A stretch of 64,000 nt of DNA from Bigelowiella natans CCMP2755 (Eukaryota > Protista > Cercozoa), in assembly GCA_000320545.1 (NCBI GenBank), contig ADNK01000828.1, positions 62,001 to 126,000 on the forward strand. Reading direction: 5' to 3'. Shown piece after piece: positions 1 through 14,099 of the stretch. The position numbers were made by a program, and so were the translations under genes. A model generated the notes under the pieces. That model saw only the letters and a program-made list of their open reading frames with translations. It had not been told where the DNA came from and did not search any database. The first letter of the stretch is position 1. Each line of letters begins with the position of its first letter.

Positions 1-90
1 GTGTGTACTGCTTTACTTCCGTGCATATCGAGGGACTGGGGTAGGATTCAAAAATGTATCAAAATTTTGAAACGATCTCCAGGGACTCTC

Positions 91-166
91 GTTGTTGTTG
101 TTGTTGTTGTTGTTGTTATTGTTGTTATTGTTGTTGTAGTTGTTGTTGTTGTTGTTGTTGTTGTTA
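91..166. repeat. (GTT)n microsatellite
   Basis: Imperfect GTT run read directly. It generates the poly-V and poly-N ORFs. Confidence 0.95.
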
Positions 167-321
167 CCATTTTCTCTCCTAACATCGCCGGGAGACTCGC
201 GAGATCCAGCGCAAAGAGGCAGGGAGCGGCAACCGATCAACATCCACTATGAAAATCACTTCGGTGTAACAACATAGCTGGGAAGTCAAGGGCGCGAAAA
301 GATTAACTAACTAACTAACTA

Positions 322-1555
322 ACATTGTTTCTTGTTTCTTGTTTGGCACTGCGTTTCGGACCTCACTGTTTCACAACAGCTTTCTGGAAGTTCCTGCTCA
401 GAACAATTGGATTTGGACCTCACTCACTGAAGTTGGTTCGAGGATGCACTGCGTTTCGCACATTGCAAACGTCTTGCAACACTTTGGAAACGCAGTTCGA
501 TCATCGTTCATTGCAATTGGTTCATTGTTCACTGTTCACAGCAGAGTGCCAATTTTCAAACGCTGCTGGTTTCACTGGTTGGTCCTCACTGAAGCTCGTT
601 CGAGGCACTGTGTTTCGCATGTTGCCAAATTGCAAACGTTTTGCGTGTGACGTTTTGGAAACGCACTCCATCACCACGTTTGCTTTTTTTGTTTGTTCAT
701 TGCAAGTGATGTAGTTCTTCATCATTGTTTCATTGTTTCATTGTCGTGCAACACTTTGGAAGTGTGGTCGATCAGCAAACTTTCTTTTTCTCTCTCTTTC
801 TTGCGTCACACAACCCCAGCTGCTGACGACAACTTTGCTGTGACTGCTGCATGGTGACTGGGGAACAACTCTGCCTCACAACACCGGATGGTTTCAAGGA
901 AGCAAGCCAAACTTTCAAACCACTTGACTTTTTGGAAACGAGCGCGGAGTGTTCCAATGCCGTTGACCAACAAGGCAAAATCAACTTTCTCAGTTTCTCT
1001 GTTCAACACGTTCAGCTGCAATGTGGAGCAGGTCGTGCGCGTGATGCATGTCGTCTGTGACAGCAGTCGCACACACTTCACGGCGGGAACAGTGTGTCAC
1101 ACGCACATCGCGCGCATTTTCCACAGTCCAGCGATGCACAAAGTGGGAAAGCAGAATTGTTGATCACAAACCACGGTCTCAAGTCAATCGCACAATGCTG
1201 GAATGAGTTCTGTCAGTCTGTCAGCCCACGCGCGCGCAATGCTGTGACCAAAGCGTGAGTCAATTGCAACAAAAGTGCTGCTTGCCAACTGACCGACGTG
1301 CCACTCTGGCACTGCTAGACTGCTTGCATGCGTGTGCACCCGTCATGTGCAGCGACACGTTTGTTGATGACTGGCATTGACCATGCTGGCATGGACCAAT
1401 TCGACAAATGCTGCAATGTGAGGTGCACGTGCACAAGGTGTGCATGTGCAACAAAGATCCTGTCTGTTTTTGAGATGATTGTTTTCATTTTTTTTGAGAT
1501 GGTTGTTTTCAAATTTTCTGTTCAATCAATGCCGCACAATGAACATTGTGACCAA
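322..1555. repeat. TpA-depleted degenerate repeat/transposon-derived island with internal sub-repeats
   Basis: Only 2 TA dinucleotides (about 712 GTAG, about 1316 CTAG) in about 1.23 kb by manual scan. Internal diverged repeat about 415-494 vs 581-665. ORFs rich in Cys/His. Confidence 0.7.
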
Positions 1556-1759
1556 TTAAAATCATGCCCTCCTTCGCAATTACTGTCGGTGAGTTGGCCT
1601 CATCTAGCGAATGATGGCTACATGTCGGTTGCTGGTCAACACAACAAAGGACAAGCGCTCGAAATGAAATGTGGCTGCCCCCCTACCCACAAATATGATA
1701 TTTCATGATTTATTTGAATCTGCCGGCATCTCGCTGGAATGTGCATCTGCTATGTCTTT

Positions 1760-2250
1760 TAATGTTCTGATAACAAAGGGGGGAAAGAAGAATGAGCGAT
1801 GAAAACAATGTCAGAAGCGATTAGAAGTTGGTAATTAAGAGAAGAATTCTTACAAACTAAAGGTATGGATATAACTATCATCAACAGGATAAACATCTTT
1901 TCACCTGAAGAAAAGAGCTATAGTCTTTAAATCCTCCCATGTTCCTACGAAGCGGATGGCCTCTCTTGGCACATTTGTAATGATGAAAGACTTCTCCTGC
2001 CGTTGGTCTTCGGTTTCTTGAAGTTCTCCAATTTGTGCTTTCATTCTCTTTTTCACTCGAATCGAGTATCGGTTTCCGGCATGCGTACGGACGATACAGC
2101 CTATTGTTGTTGTTATTAATGTTGGAATTACTATCAAGTAACGATGAACATCAGCACCAAGAGGAATAGGAGATAAGGAAAGAAGCCCCCATTATGACCG
2201 ATGAATTTCGATTTAAAATTTTGAGCAACTTATCTCTTTCATCAGGTTCG

Positions 2251-2295
<45 letters not shown>

Positions 2296-2473
2296 TACAT
2301 GTATTTAAATTTATGTATTTTTCATTCATGATGTGAATCGTTGTTGCTGATCTCAAACTCACATCAGCAAATTATCACATGAAACAACTATTATAGCACC
2401 CATTACCTGTTACCGATTTGGAGCCCTTAACAACCATTACCATTTCTCCCGGATAAAGAGGGAAAATATCACT

Positions 2474-2511
<38 letters not shown>

Positions 2512-3027
2512 TATGCTTTCGTTGTTGCTGCTGATCTTTCCCATTGTTCTGGTGCTTCCCAGAATAATCCCTATTTGAGTTATGCGGGCAAAGGTTTCCA
2601 CCAGGCTGAACGATATTGCCGCTTACGCCATTATCCTCCTCTTCTTTGCGGTTACTCATATCGCCTTCAAGCGCATGATTCTTTGCAATATTGATTTGTT
2701 TTGCGATTCTCTCCTGAAAATAGGTAAGCATTCAAAGGCTTCTTTCAGGGGCGAAAAATGTTGCTACACACTCAATTGGTTGATGGTTTGCTCCTTCTAC
2801 TGGTAATGTACTCGGTCGCCAACTTACTTGGTGATATTGGAAGAGTAGATTCGTGTGCTCATCTTCATATTCTATGAGGGATTCGGCTCCTTTGAAGACA
2901 GATGGTCAGTCATTATGAGTGTGGATTGCATGGTGAAGCACAACAAATTGTAGGGATTTTCCTTCGCTTTGTCGCTACAACGCATCTAAAAATGCCCTTT
3001 TTTGACTTCTACCATAACTACTACTAT

Positions 3028-3063
<36 letters not shown>

Positions 3064-3421
3064 AACAATTGCTGCTGCTACTCCTACGTGGATGATATGA
3101 ATGCGTACCCCATAGCCCAGGAAGAGGTTCCACTTCTCGGAAAGATGGGACGTATTTCAACTGTTGTTCTTCATTATCTCCGGATGATTTGACTCTTAAA
3201 AACAGGCCCTATAAACGAACAATTCATTCATTGATTAAAAAAATATATATGAATCCCGCTAGTAATCGATAGGTGATGATTGACGATGAGTGTGGTGTTG
3301 CCTTTGTTCTCCGCTTCGCCAATCTCTTTGTTCTTCCTTCGCCGAGAAATTGGCGAGAAATATCGACAGCAGTCACAAACTCTGTTATTAGTAAAAAAGG
3401 CCATACACGCATTATCGCCAA
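1760..3421 (-). CDS. multi-exon hypothetical protein (boundaries approximate)
   Basis: Open segments bounded by GT/AG, e.g. GLFLRVKSSGDNEEQQLKYVPSFREVEPLPGLW (about 3110-3208), SDIFPLYPGEMVMVVKG, GCIVRTHAGNRYSIRVKKRMK. No family recognised. Confidence 0.35.
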
Positions 3422-3499
3422 CCATATATGCTAATTAATGAACGGCGTCCTCTCCGACGACTAATGGCCTATCAACACACAATATATAGCTACTTTGGC

Positions 3500-4083
3500 A
3501 ACTACTACTACTACTACTGCTACCATAAATATAATGTCGTACCTTGATGACGTAAGACCGAAATGCAAGCTCTATTAAGAGCTAGTACGAATATATTTAA
3601 TAGAGACTGCACAGGAAGAACAAGCTCCTTCCCAGAATTAACTTTTCTCTCTTTCGATCCGAGCTCGTGCTGCGTGCCTGTATTGGTTGTTATATGAAGA
3701 TAGACGCCTCAATGTATGTGTCGTTGCGTGTAACAAACAACTCGTCTAGACCGCATGAGAGTGTGTATATGTATATGTTGAGATCTGAGCGTGGTGGGGA
3801 TACTACCAAAGAGATCCAGGAGAGCGTCAGCTTGTTTCCGGACCTGCGCCTTCATCCTGAATGGTGGTGAAAGGTAATGAGCACCAAATTTACAGGAACT
3901 CATCTGAACAGTTATACTACAATAGCTCTTACATGCACGATACACGCTCTCTATATATATGTACGTGTGTGTGGTGTTTGAGAGAGAGAGGAGATGTTGG
4001 AATAACAGCAGCAACAAAAGCAGCACCGCAACATATATTCATAGGAAACACTTCCTGAAAATACATTTATTACGAATGGCCAA

Positions 4084-4117
<34 letters not shown>

Positions 4118-4753
4118 TCGAAACATCATCATCATCGACAATAAAGTCAACAGCATCTTGAGTAGCTTTCACACTGCTGCTACATACCTTGCAGTTAAGA
4201 CATGAGAACTGTCACCACCCATCAGGCTGGCATGGGAAGCGTTACGAGTCGTCATTTTGCTATCGTTGATGTCGTCGTCATTATTGATGCCGGGAGGATT
4301 AGCCTGCAGCTCTGAGTTCCTCCATTCCAAGATACTGCGAGGCGCTTCATCGCCACCGTTGGGATCGGAGGACGTGTACGTGTACGTGTATCTGATCGTG
4401 GAGGTGGTGTAGAGGAGCAGAGAAAGACGCCAAACAAACAACAATGAGTCACATAATGATATCATGTAAAAGTTTTTTATTAAATGAGGATGATGATGAT
4501 GGTGATGATGATGATGATGGTAATGATGGTAATGATGGTGAGGATAATAATCATGATAACGAAGGATTTGATGATATGAAGAAATCATTTAATTATCTTA
4601 CGCAGATGCATCTGTCGATGAAGAACTTGAATATTTGACGATTTCATCGTCATCTTTCAACGAATATGTTGTCGTTCCAGATATGGTAGGCACGTCCTAA
4701 ATGATTTAAGGTACGGTATGGACTTAGTGATCAATTTATCAAAATAAATATAA

Positions 4754-4794
<41 letters not shown>

Positions 4795-5902
4795 TACGAC
4801 AAATTTGCTTTAACATTATCATCATCCTCATCATCCTCATCATCATCATCTTTCTCCAACGTGTATACTACCACTACTCCTATTACTACTACTACTACTA
4901 CAATCATTACACATGATATCCCCTCTTAAACTTACATCTGTGTTGTCGTACTCAGCAAATATGGGACGTCCTTGCTTCCTGTTGCCTCTACTGTTACTTG
5001 CTGCCGTTGTCGTATTTTTCTCTGATTTACTATTATCGACGTGCTGAGCACCGTCTGCGTCAATCGTCGTCGTTTTTTGTAACTCTGTGTTATTCGTCGT
5101 TTGTTGCTGTGGATCTCCCTCTTCCGAACAATTGAGCGGGTTGAAAAAGTCAAAGTCCCTGCTGTAGTAGTGCATGTAGTTGATGTCCTTACAAGCATTA
5201 TATCGCTGCTGCGCTAATCGACGAAGAAAGTCTTGTTGTTTTGGTTCCAAGTCTTCATAGTAAGGACGTTTCTTCTCCACATCGTCATCTTCCGATCCAC
5301 TGTTGTGGATGTTTGCAAAGCTCTGCTCGTTTCGGCTAGCAGCCAGTCTATCTAGCCTTGCGTCTGAGTCGGTGCTTTCTGCATAAAGCAATCGATGCAC
5401 ATCATTGTTATCAGCATCATCATCATCATCATTCCTCTCATCGTATCATAATATGGAGATGAAATGAAGCTACGCGCGCTGCAAGTAATGGCGACTCGTC
5501 CGAAAGTTGTTTACATATGATGTTAAGGGGGTGGAGGGAAGAGGAGGGGAGTAAGGTTAAAGGCGGAAAAACAAATCAGTACCCTGTTGCGAGTCAACCT
5601 CGAAGGCTTTATTTTCTTTTTGCTGGGCAGAGGCTCTACTCGTACGCTGGTCTTGGTAGTTGTTCTGGTAGTAGCTGTGGTGCTGCTGCTGATAGACAGG
5701 ATTCCCATACATATCGAATTGTACCTCTTGCTCAAAGGGATGCCCTCCTAGGAAGTAGTTGTAGAAGTAGTAGCAATAACTTAGTTGGTACTGCATGTTT
5801 TTTTATCATGATCGTCGTCGTCGTCGTCATTGTAATGATGAGCAACAGAACATATCTTAAAGCAGCAGCAAGAAGGAACGCTATTGTACTAAAGAAATTA
5901 AA

Positions 5903-5938
<36 letters not shown>

Positions 5939-7382
5939 CAGAACCAGGGCCTGGGGCCTCTTGCTCCGTAGATGACGACGATGCAAACGGTGCCCTTCTC
6001 CATTCCTGAATATCATAAGAAGAGGAGGAGGAAGAGGAGGAGGAGCAGACAACAGGAAAAATAGCCGTTAAGTATGATATATTCTTCATCGTATAGACAT
6101 CATCGTACATGGAATATATCATCATCTATCGTTTTTGTCGTTCTTCTTCTTTTTGTTTTTTCCTGTGCCCTTCTTCTTCTTCTTCTTCTTCTTCTTCTTC
6201 TTCCTCGTCGCACGTACTCTGTCGGATCGGTAGAAATCCTTAAACTGCTTGAAGGTATAGGGTTTTTGATCGTGCATATCCAGTCTTCGAGCCGACGCTG
6301 AGTGTCAACAAAAGTGTCGGTTAGCATCAACGTCGATCATAATTTGTAGAATGCCTTCTGCTTTGTAAGGCACTTTTCGGAAGAATCTAGCTATTGATAG
6401 GAAGCTACAGGATAATAATAATAATAATAATCATCATCATCATCATCAAACAACCTGAAGGGATTCTGACTGCTTTGTTCCATTTCTCCAAATCTCCATA
6501 TTCGGTGCGAAACTCCGCCTTGGTATAGCCCATTCCATCCACAGGATCCTTCCGCACTTGGTCACTCTCGGTTGTGGTCTTTTCATCGTCTCCCCCATCA
6601 CCTTCATCGTCGCAGTAGTTGCCCTCTCTTTTATCGCCTCCAGCTGATAAGCACACAACCAGCATCAGGAGCAGCAGCACCAACAGCGGCGTCCATTATG
6701 CGAAGTTGGTATGGTGTCATCGAGCAGCCCACTTATCTCCTTTTGACTACAACAACACAGCAACGACGACGACGACGACGACGACGACGAGTACGGATGC
6801 AGCACTTCATACTACTACTCAGTAGTCCCAGTAGTACCTCCTTGGAGATAAGATGGCAGAGGGCTCGCATTCACTTCGATGTTGATATCAGCTTTGTCGC
6901 TGTTCTTGACTTGGGGCTCGTTGTCATGATCTCCTTGCCCTTGAAAGGATGAGTTGTATCCTCCTTTCACACTACTACTACTACTACTACTAATACTACT
7001 ACTACTCGTCTCATTTTTCCTCCTGCTGTTTGTCGTAGATATCATTGGACCTTCTTCTTCTTCTTCGTCTTCTTTGAACGAGTCCTGAGGTGGTGGAGAA
7101 CGAAGAATACGATACATTTACACTTTTCTTCACATCTTGCCATTTTGCTGCTAGTGTTGGATTGGGATACACAGCAGGGCTGGCTAAAAAAGATTATGGT
7201 TGTTGAACTCTCGCTACAGCTGCTGCCGCAATCGCTGCTGCAGAGAATCAGTATAGCTATCATCATCATCACCAGCAGCATCATCATTGTCATCATCACA
7301 ACCACCACCTTAAGATATCTCTCGACGAAAGAGGACTCAACCTTCAACTCTGGGAATTGCAGAACCTAACAGCAACGGCGTT

Positions 7383-7417
<35 letters not shown>

Positions 7418-7920
7418 ATTGTCATAGTGTCGATTACTTATGATTATTTCTGATTATTTCTTTATTGCTTCTACATCTCCTTTTCTTGCTCTTCGACATC
7501 AATCGTTCGGTACTTCGCTAGATAGATGTCGTTATTCTTACTAACGGCAATACTTACAACAACCTGATCCGAGCTCATCAGGTTAGCTCCCCGTATACCC
7601 TGATGGTACGAAAACAATAATAATGGGTAAGATGATATAGTGGTAGTTGTGGTGGTGATGTACGCGACGAAGATAGAATTGTAGTAGACAGAAATGACGA
7701 CCTGCTCTTGGAGGTTTCTTGCATTTATGACGCTCATCTTAACCTGATGAAAAGCACCAGCATCCTCTGGTTTAAGTGGTATGGATCTATCATCTATTAG
7801 AAGATGCGGAGATATTTCATCTTGAGCTGTTCTCCTTCAATCGATGCTGTTCGTACCATTTCGTTGACCACAACATGACCTTAGCGACACCCCCCTCCCC
7901 CCCTCCTTCTCCTCCTATTC

Positions 7921-7951
<31 letters not shown>

Positions 7952-9650
7952 CTTTCTATACTCGATATTCCGCCGCTCTTCCTCTGAGATTTCATCTGAT
8001 ACATTGCACATGTTGAAGACATTGTGATAGGGAAGCTGTACGCTGCAGCCTCCAACCGTGCCCCTCTTCGTTCTGCTGCCTCCTCCTTTTCTTTGAATGG
8101 GAGACCCAGGAACAACGAGCAGCCTTCGCAGGCGATCGATGATATCGTCTTTCCCGTGCTGTGACGACGGTATTTGTTGGTAATCTATCTCCTCTGAAGT
8201 CTCCGTTGTTGGATCGGCATCACGTTGACCTGTAGTGTATTGTAGTAGTAGTAGTAGCATGGCAATATGCCAATAATAATAATAATCATCATCATAATCA
8301 TAATCATCATCATCATCGTCGATGATAGCAATTTTGTGTTGACACAACGACAGCCCCAGAAGCAAGACATCACTAATCAGAAATCAACACTGAACACTGG
8401 TGCTTTTGAAGCTGCTACAGTGCTTTTCATGATTTGAAAAGAGCATCCAATGTTCAGCCTAGCTGCTAAAGGTATGTATATATATATACATGATTTGAGA
8501 AGAGCATCCAATGTTGAGCCTCCTAACTGCTCAAGTTTCCTTGCAGCCCTCCACGGAGGAGATAGGTTATCGACGTGAACCGTAGCAGTTAACTGAGATG
8601 ATGATGACGACGATGACGATAATGATGCCCCCCCTCCCTTTTTGATCTCAGCGCAGCTTTCGTAACTACGTTGAGATTGATGACAGTGTGGTAACACAAT
8701 GAGCTTGCAGAAGCCATCCCTAGAGGACGACTTGACGATGAGGCCGACTTTACGATGCAGGTGTGTGGTATGCACTATATCTCTGATTTCCACTAGAGAA
8801 CCTGGTGTGCAGGGTTATGATGATGATGATGAGGATGATGATGATGATGGTTATCGAAGAAGCGTTTGTAATGTGCTCTCGATGTCTGCGACGATGATTT
8901 CTAATAATTATGATGTTGTTGATGGTGATGCTGATAGTAGAGGATGTTAGGGATGATAAGCTAATAAGATGATATGCTTTTCAATACCTTCCGTCGGTCT
9001 CCAAACACACCGATGTGTCGCCTCCCAGAACATAATGCTTCTTGCACGCCGTAACGCCTGCAACAAAGAGAGAGAGAGGATTATGATAATATCATAATGA
9101 GAATGACGACAATACTAACACAATTACTACCACTACTACTACTACTACAACTACTACTACTACTACTTCTTTCTCCATCTTAAAAACTCAGTAAAAGAGT
9201 ATTATTATTGGTTTCGTTGTCCCATCATAACAGACAGACCCTGAGAGCTCTCACAGCAGCTTTCTTCAACTCTTTATCATTATTGTTATCGTATGTGTTC
9301 AGAGATGTCGATCTATCCCTTCTTATTCCACGCTGTCGTTGTAGATGTGACTCATACTCAGCAACAAGACGAAGAGCCAGGGAGAACGCCAAGTCCACTT
9401 CTGTTGTCTGAGAATATGCAATGAAAGAATGCATGCATGATTGATTGTGTGTGTCTAGTGGAGGAGAACGACGACTAAATACGATAGGAAGTGCACGGGT
9501 GACCTGAGAGTCTGTCATAATATCGTCGTCATCATTATCATCACTCTCGTCTCTTCGCTTCTTCAGCGGTTTCTTCTGTTCCGGATTTGTTCTCGCTACC
9601 GCCCCCCAACGCCTAAACTGTTGCTTGCGTTTCTTCCGTAGCACATGCGC
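3500..9650 (-). CDS. large multi-exon hypothetical gene(s) with microsatellite-filled introns
   Basis: Series of minus-strand open segments (4846-5400, 6405-6683, 6815-7117, 7471-7737, 7817-8365, 8377-8793, 9225-9644) separated by SSR-rich GT-AG introns. Number of genes unresolved. Confidence 0.35.
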
Positions 9651-10330
9651 TCTGCATAAGAACAGAGAGTAAAACGTGTGTGTCGAGCGAAGAAAACAAC
9701 AACAACAACAACAACAACAACAAGGACTTCATTATATCACCATCAGATAAACTACGCGACGAAAGACGATGAAAGTATAGATCATTAAGAATGTTGTCGT
9801 TACTTTATTCAAGGGGGTTCTGAAACATCGAAAATGATGATGAGGAGGAGTAGGAGGATTATTGTTGTCTTCTTACTTGGCCAGGCTACGTACGACGCCA
9901 TCGTTGTGATGTAGATATGCTGAAGGGCCTCGCTTTATCTATGTATCAAAGCGTGGGCGATTGAGGACGATATCAATAATCACAGCAGCTACATTGTATA
10001 CAACCCGACATTGGAAAACAAACGTCGTCAAGCAGTGAAGAGTAGTGATAAAGTGAATCTTTGCTTGTACGATTACCTTGTCAACTAAGATCTTCATCTC
10101 CATTTTCGTACATATAGCTCTCCCATCGTTGTCTATTATGCCCTGTTATTAATTATCATTATTACCACCGGTAGTGTGTATATGAGAAGCAGCAGCACCC
10201 ACGCCACATATTGAGAAGGTGTCAGTAGGTTGTGGTATTGGTGATGATGATAATGACGGCAGCAGCCCTCTGTTTCAAAACCATATTTATTATGGACATT
10301 TAGAGAAGTATCATCAAATCATGTTCATCA

Positions 10331-10833
10331 TCATCCTCCCTTATCATCCTGCAGCACCTTACGTAGCTCAGGGTTCATTTGGCCAATAAAAGGCCTTCTT
10401 GCCCCCAGCTTAGCACTCAGGAGACGGCACGTGTAACAGGCCTCTTTATAAAGACTCTCCAACCGATTTGCTCTAATTATGCTCTGTTCTTCCTTCGTGT
10501 AATCGTAATGGTTAAAGCTCCTAGTCGCCTTCTCCTTCTTCCTCGACGTGATCATCGATGATATCCATCGCTTTCCCCTCTTCACGCAATCGAGGGTATG
10601 CTTTGCAATGGCCATGGTAGCATGCCTTAGCGTTCTCAATTCTGTGAGGTTTTTCGTCGTAGAATACAACGAAGATGACAGCAACCGTGGGTCGTTGCTA
10701 CAAAGCAGCAGCAGCAGCAGCAGCAAGCCAAATAGGAATGGAAATAATAAATTAGCAGGGGGTCATTATGTGCACGCTGTTCTTTCCACAATATCTTGTC
10801 TTGCGTTGCAATGTTTATCCATGCAGTTACTTG

Positions 10834-10881
<48 letters not shown>

Positions 10882-10962
10882 CATGATATGTGTGTGTGCG
10901 TCTATAATCAATAGTAGATTATCTCAATGTTTAGTAGGAGTTGATGCAAATATTACGATATG

Positions 10963-10997
<35 letters not shown>

Positions 10998-11118
10998 ATA
11001 CCTCATTTCAGGAGGCAAGAGAGGCTGCAATCTTGGAACAATATCAAGATTGTTTGCCGGTATTAAAACAGCTTTTGGTAACAACGGTAAAGCAACTGAA
11101 GAAGGAGAACAAGAAGAA

Positions 11119-11150
<32 letters not shown>

Positions 11151-11488
11151 AATCCATCGTGGATGTAAGATTCACAAAAACACACGCAATGCACGCACGC
11201 ATGTGTAGCTGTAATAACCTAGATAATGAGGCTGCCGATGTGTGAAATCCTTGTACGCCTTGGAGACAATGACCCCAACCTGAGCAGCGAACACCCCCCA
11301 CCACCACCATTACGAATGGATTTAATCATTAAGGATCAATGTTTGCAGACAATATCCAATATTGAAACACGCTTGATGACATCATAACAGAGAAGATGAT
11401 GATTATGCATACTCACAGCATACAATGCGTTAATAGCTGGATGTCTTTCCAATATTCAGTCGTTGCAGCAGCAGTAAGACTAGTTTTA

Positions 11489-11531
<43 letters not shown>

Positions 11532-13900
11532 CGATATGTACTTGGCCATGAAAGCGAAATTGAATTTTACTGGAGCAGCCATCTCCCAACAACTACCACT
11601 CGTGTTCCCTTAAACATGAAAATATCACCATCGTCATCATCATTGCCTTTGCCATAACTCTACGACCAAGCTCACTTATCATCATCATCCCCCCCCCCCC
11701 CCTCCACTCACCGTAAAACATGCCAACGGAGCCCCGTGCAACCTCATCGAGAATATTTTCTTCACCATCATCCTCATCTGCGTGATTAGCCAACATACAG
11801 GACAGCAGCAACAACGCATTAGGCTATAGCTACACGCGCTTCATGCAATTCATGTGATATATATAGTTGATATATCGTCCTCCTCCTCCTCCACCTCCTC
11901 CTCATCCTCCTCCTCATTATTCATTATCATCACGTAACCGACACTATGCGTCATCACCTTTGGCCTTGTTATTGCTGTGACCAAGCCCTGCATTTCTTCC
12001 TCTGGAAGAAGAATTCATATCTTCTTCACCGGCGCCATCATCGTTTATAATCTCCTCATACGAACTGTCGGATGATGTTGTGCAAGCTCCTACTGTGGCC
12101 CCACCTGCCCTCCCCCTCTTCGTCTCCATCCTTTTCCGTTTCATTCGAAGAGCGATTTGACGTTGCCTCTCCCCTTCAACAATGACAGCCAACGGTGGAT
12201 TCGGGGGCTTTTGGCTGAGAACACGGGTCTTGTGTTGGGAAAACGCGCCTAGATTTGTGTTGATGACTGTGGTTAGATCGAAAGGAGATGAAGCTTGGAA
12301 AAGACGATTTTCGCTGCCACTTACGGAATCGGTGATATTTGTGATCTAGCTGCTTTCTTCGTTCCAACTGCACTTCCCTTATTACCCGTAAGGCCTGTGC
12401 AGGGAGAACAATCAATTGTGCTTCTCTCTCTCTCAGATAAAACAACTACGACTCCGACGAGTAATGGTTATCTTACTCCTACTCACATCACGATGGCTAC
12501 AACGACTTCTATGAGGAAGAAGATTGTCATTTAGCAGCATGTACAAACTATGAGTATAGTCTTCTTGCCTTCGGTTTGTTGTAAATTCTTTGAAGATATT
12601 CGGTGTGGAGTGCCAGATACTCATATTGATCCTTCATAGAAGTTTACATAATATTGTAGTAAGTTTGTTGTTTTCCCTGGGCAGTGGAGCTTCCATCATT
12701 GGATGTCCTTATTATTGTTGTTGTTGTTGTTGTTGATGTAACACCTTTAGAATGTTAAGAACGAGAATATCCGATCGGGCTACTTCACCAGGGGGGTCAG
12801 AAGCTGATAAGAAAAGGAAGGAATAAATAAAACACGCAAGGTGATGGATATTTCGGGTGGGCAATACAGATATAGCGTACAGATTGTATTTAAACCGTAT
12901 CATCGTGGTGTGAATGGCTGCTGCTAAATTATGATAATTACGCACAGAAATCGATCCAATCAGAGATGTTGTGTTTAGCAACGAAACCGGCCACATCTTC
13001 CAAATTTGGATCAAATATCTATCATGGGGACGAGGAGGAGGGGGAGGAGGGAGGAGGTATGGAGGAATATGAAGGGGGGGGGGGGAATAAATGATCGTAG
13101 CTCGTGGCAAATGATGTATATGCCTCGTAATTGTGTCAGCCATAAGAAGATACACATCGATCTATCACCCACTTCTTCTTACCAACCGTGTGTGCAATTA
13201 ATTACATAGAAGGAGCGAGATAATATGACCTCATCCATCGTACCATGCATGATAGCACGTCATCATCCCTTTCACATCCATCCCATCAAGTAGCACTTAC
13301 GTTATCAATTCCCTCAGTTTCGAAGATGTCTTCAAGAGTCGTCGTAATTGCATTTCGGTTTCGGCTGCTACTTCCAACTCCATCTTTGATGGCGTGAGCA
13401 GCATTATCATTTAGTTGTTGTTTTTCATCCTGTTTGCCTCGTTTTCCTAGTCCGAGTTCCGCAGGAGGCCTTTCCTTCTCCACATCAACGTCGCCTCGGC
13501 TAAGACGGTCGTGATCCTCAAGATTCATAGACCAATAGTGTTGGAATAAGGCCGTTTCGTTTACGGTGGGTACCTCATGGAGAAGAAGAAGACGATAACA
13601 ACAACAAAAACGTCTAATTTACTCACAATTGGTTGAAGAGGCCGCATACGCACTATCATTATCGTCAGGAATATCATCATTATCCTGAATTTTAATATAT
13701 CACTACTGTTTCCACTTCGAATATCACGACTACTACCACGACTACTACTACTACTACTACTACTACTACCATTACTACTACTATCACTACTACTACCACT
13801 ACTACTACTACCTCCTCGCCAAGCTCTTCCGTGAGGCCGGGCATGTTGTCCCACATGATCTTAGGAGCAGGTGTTGGAGCTGGTGTGGTCTGACCCCACC
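10331..13900 (-). CDS. multi-exon hypothetical protein
   Basis: Terminal exon 10331-10700 ends in ...LQDDKGG*. Internal exons include VALPLLPKAVLIPANNLDIVPRLQPLLPPEMR (about 11003-11097), 11944-12445 and 13286-13528. The 5' limit is uncertain. Confidence 0.35.
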
Positions 13901-13929
13901 TTGTTACGAAGATAAGAAGAGAGAGAGAC

Positions 13930-13962
<33 letters not shown>

Positions 13963-14099
13963 AGAAAAATGATATGCCAATAATGGGACGAGTTGATAAA
14001 ACTTTTCTTATTCTGTAAAATTGATTGACACTGTAAAATTGATTGACAACAACAGACTCAGTATCATACCACTACTACTAATACTACTGCTGCTGCTGC

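Noticed and set aside
1-252. Poly-V / poly-N ORFs and similar homopolymer ORFs throughout
   Set aside because: They are translations of microsatellites.
303-323. (CTAA)n as a telomeric repeat
   Set aside because: Only about 5 units, lacking the C3/G3 run of TTAGGG-type telomeres.
13930-13958. Long G run as a functional G-quadruplex
   Set aside because: Simple intronic homopolymer in an SSR-rich region. Length is unreliable and there is no supporting evidence.
14013-14048. 18-bp tandem duplication CTGTAAAATTGATTGACA
   Set aside because: Ordinary intronic slippage duplication.
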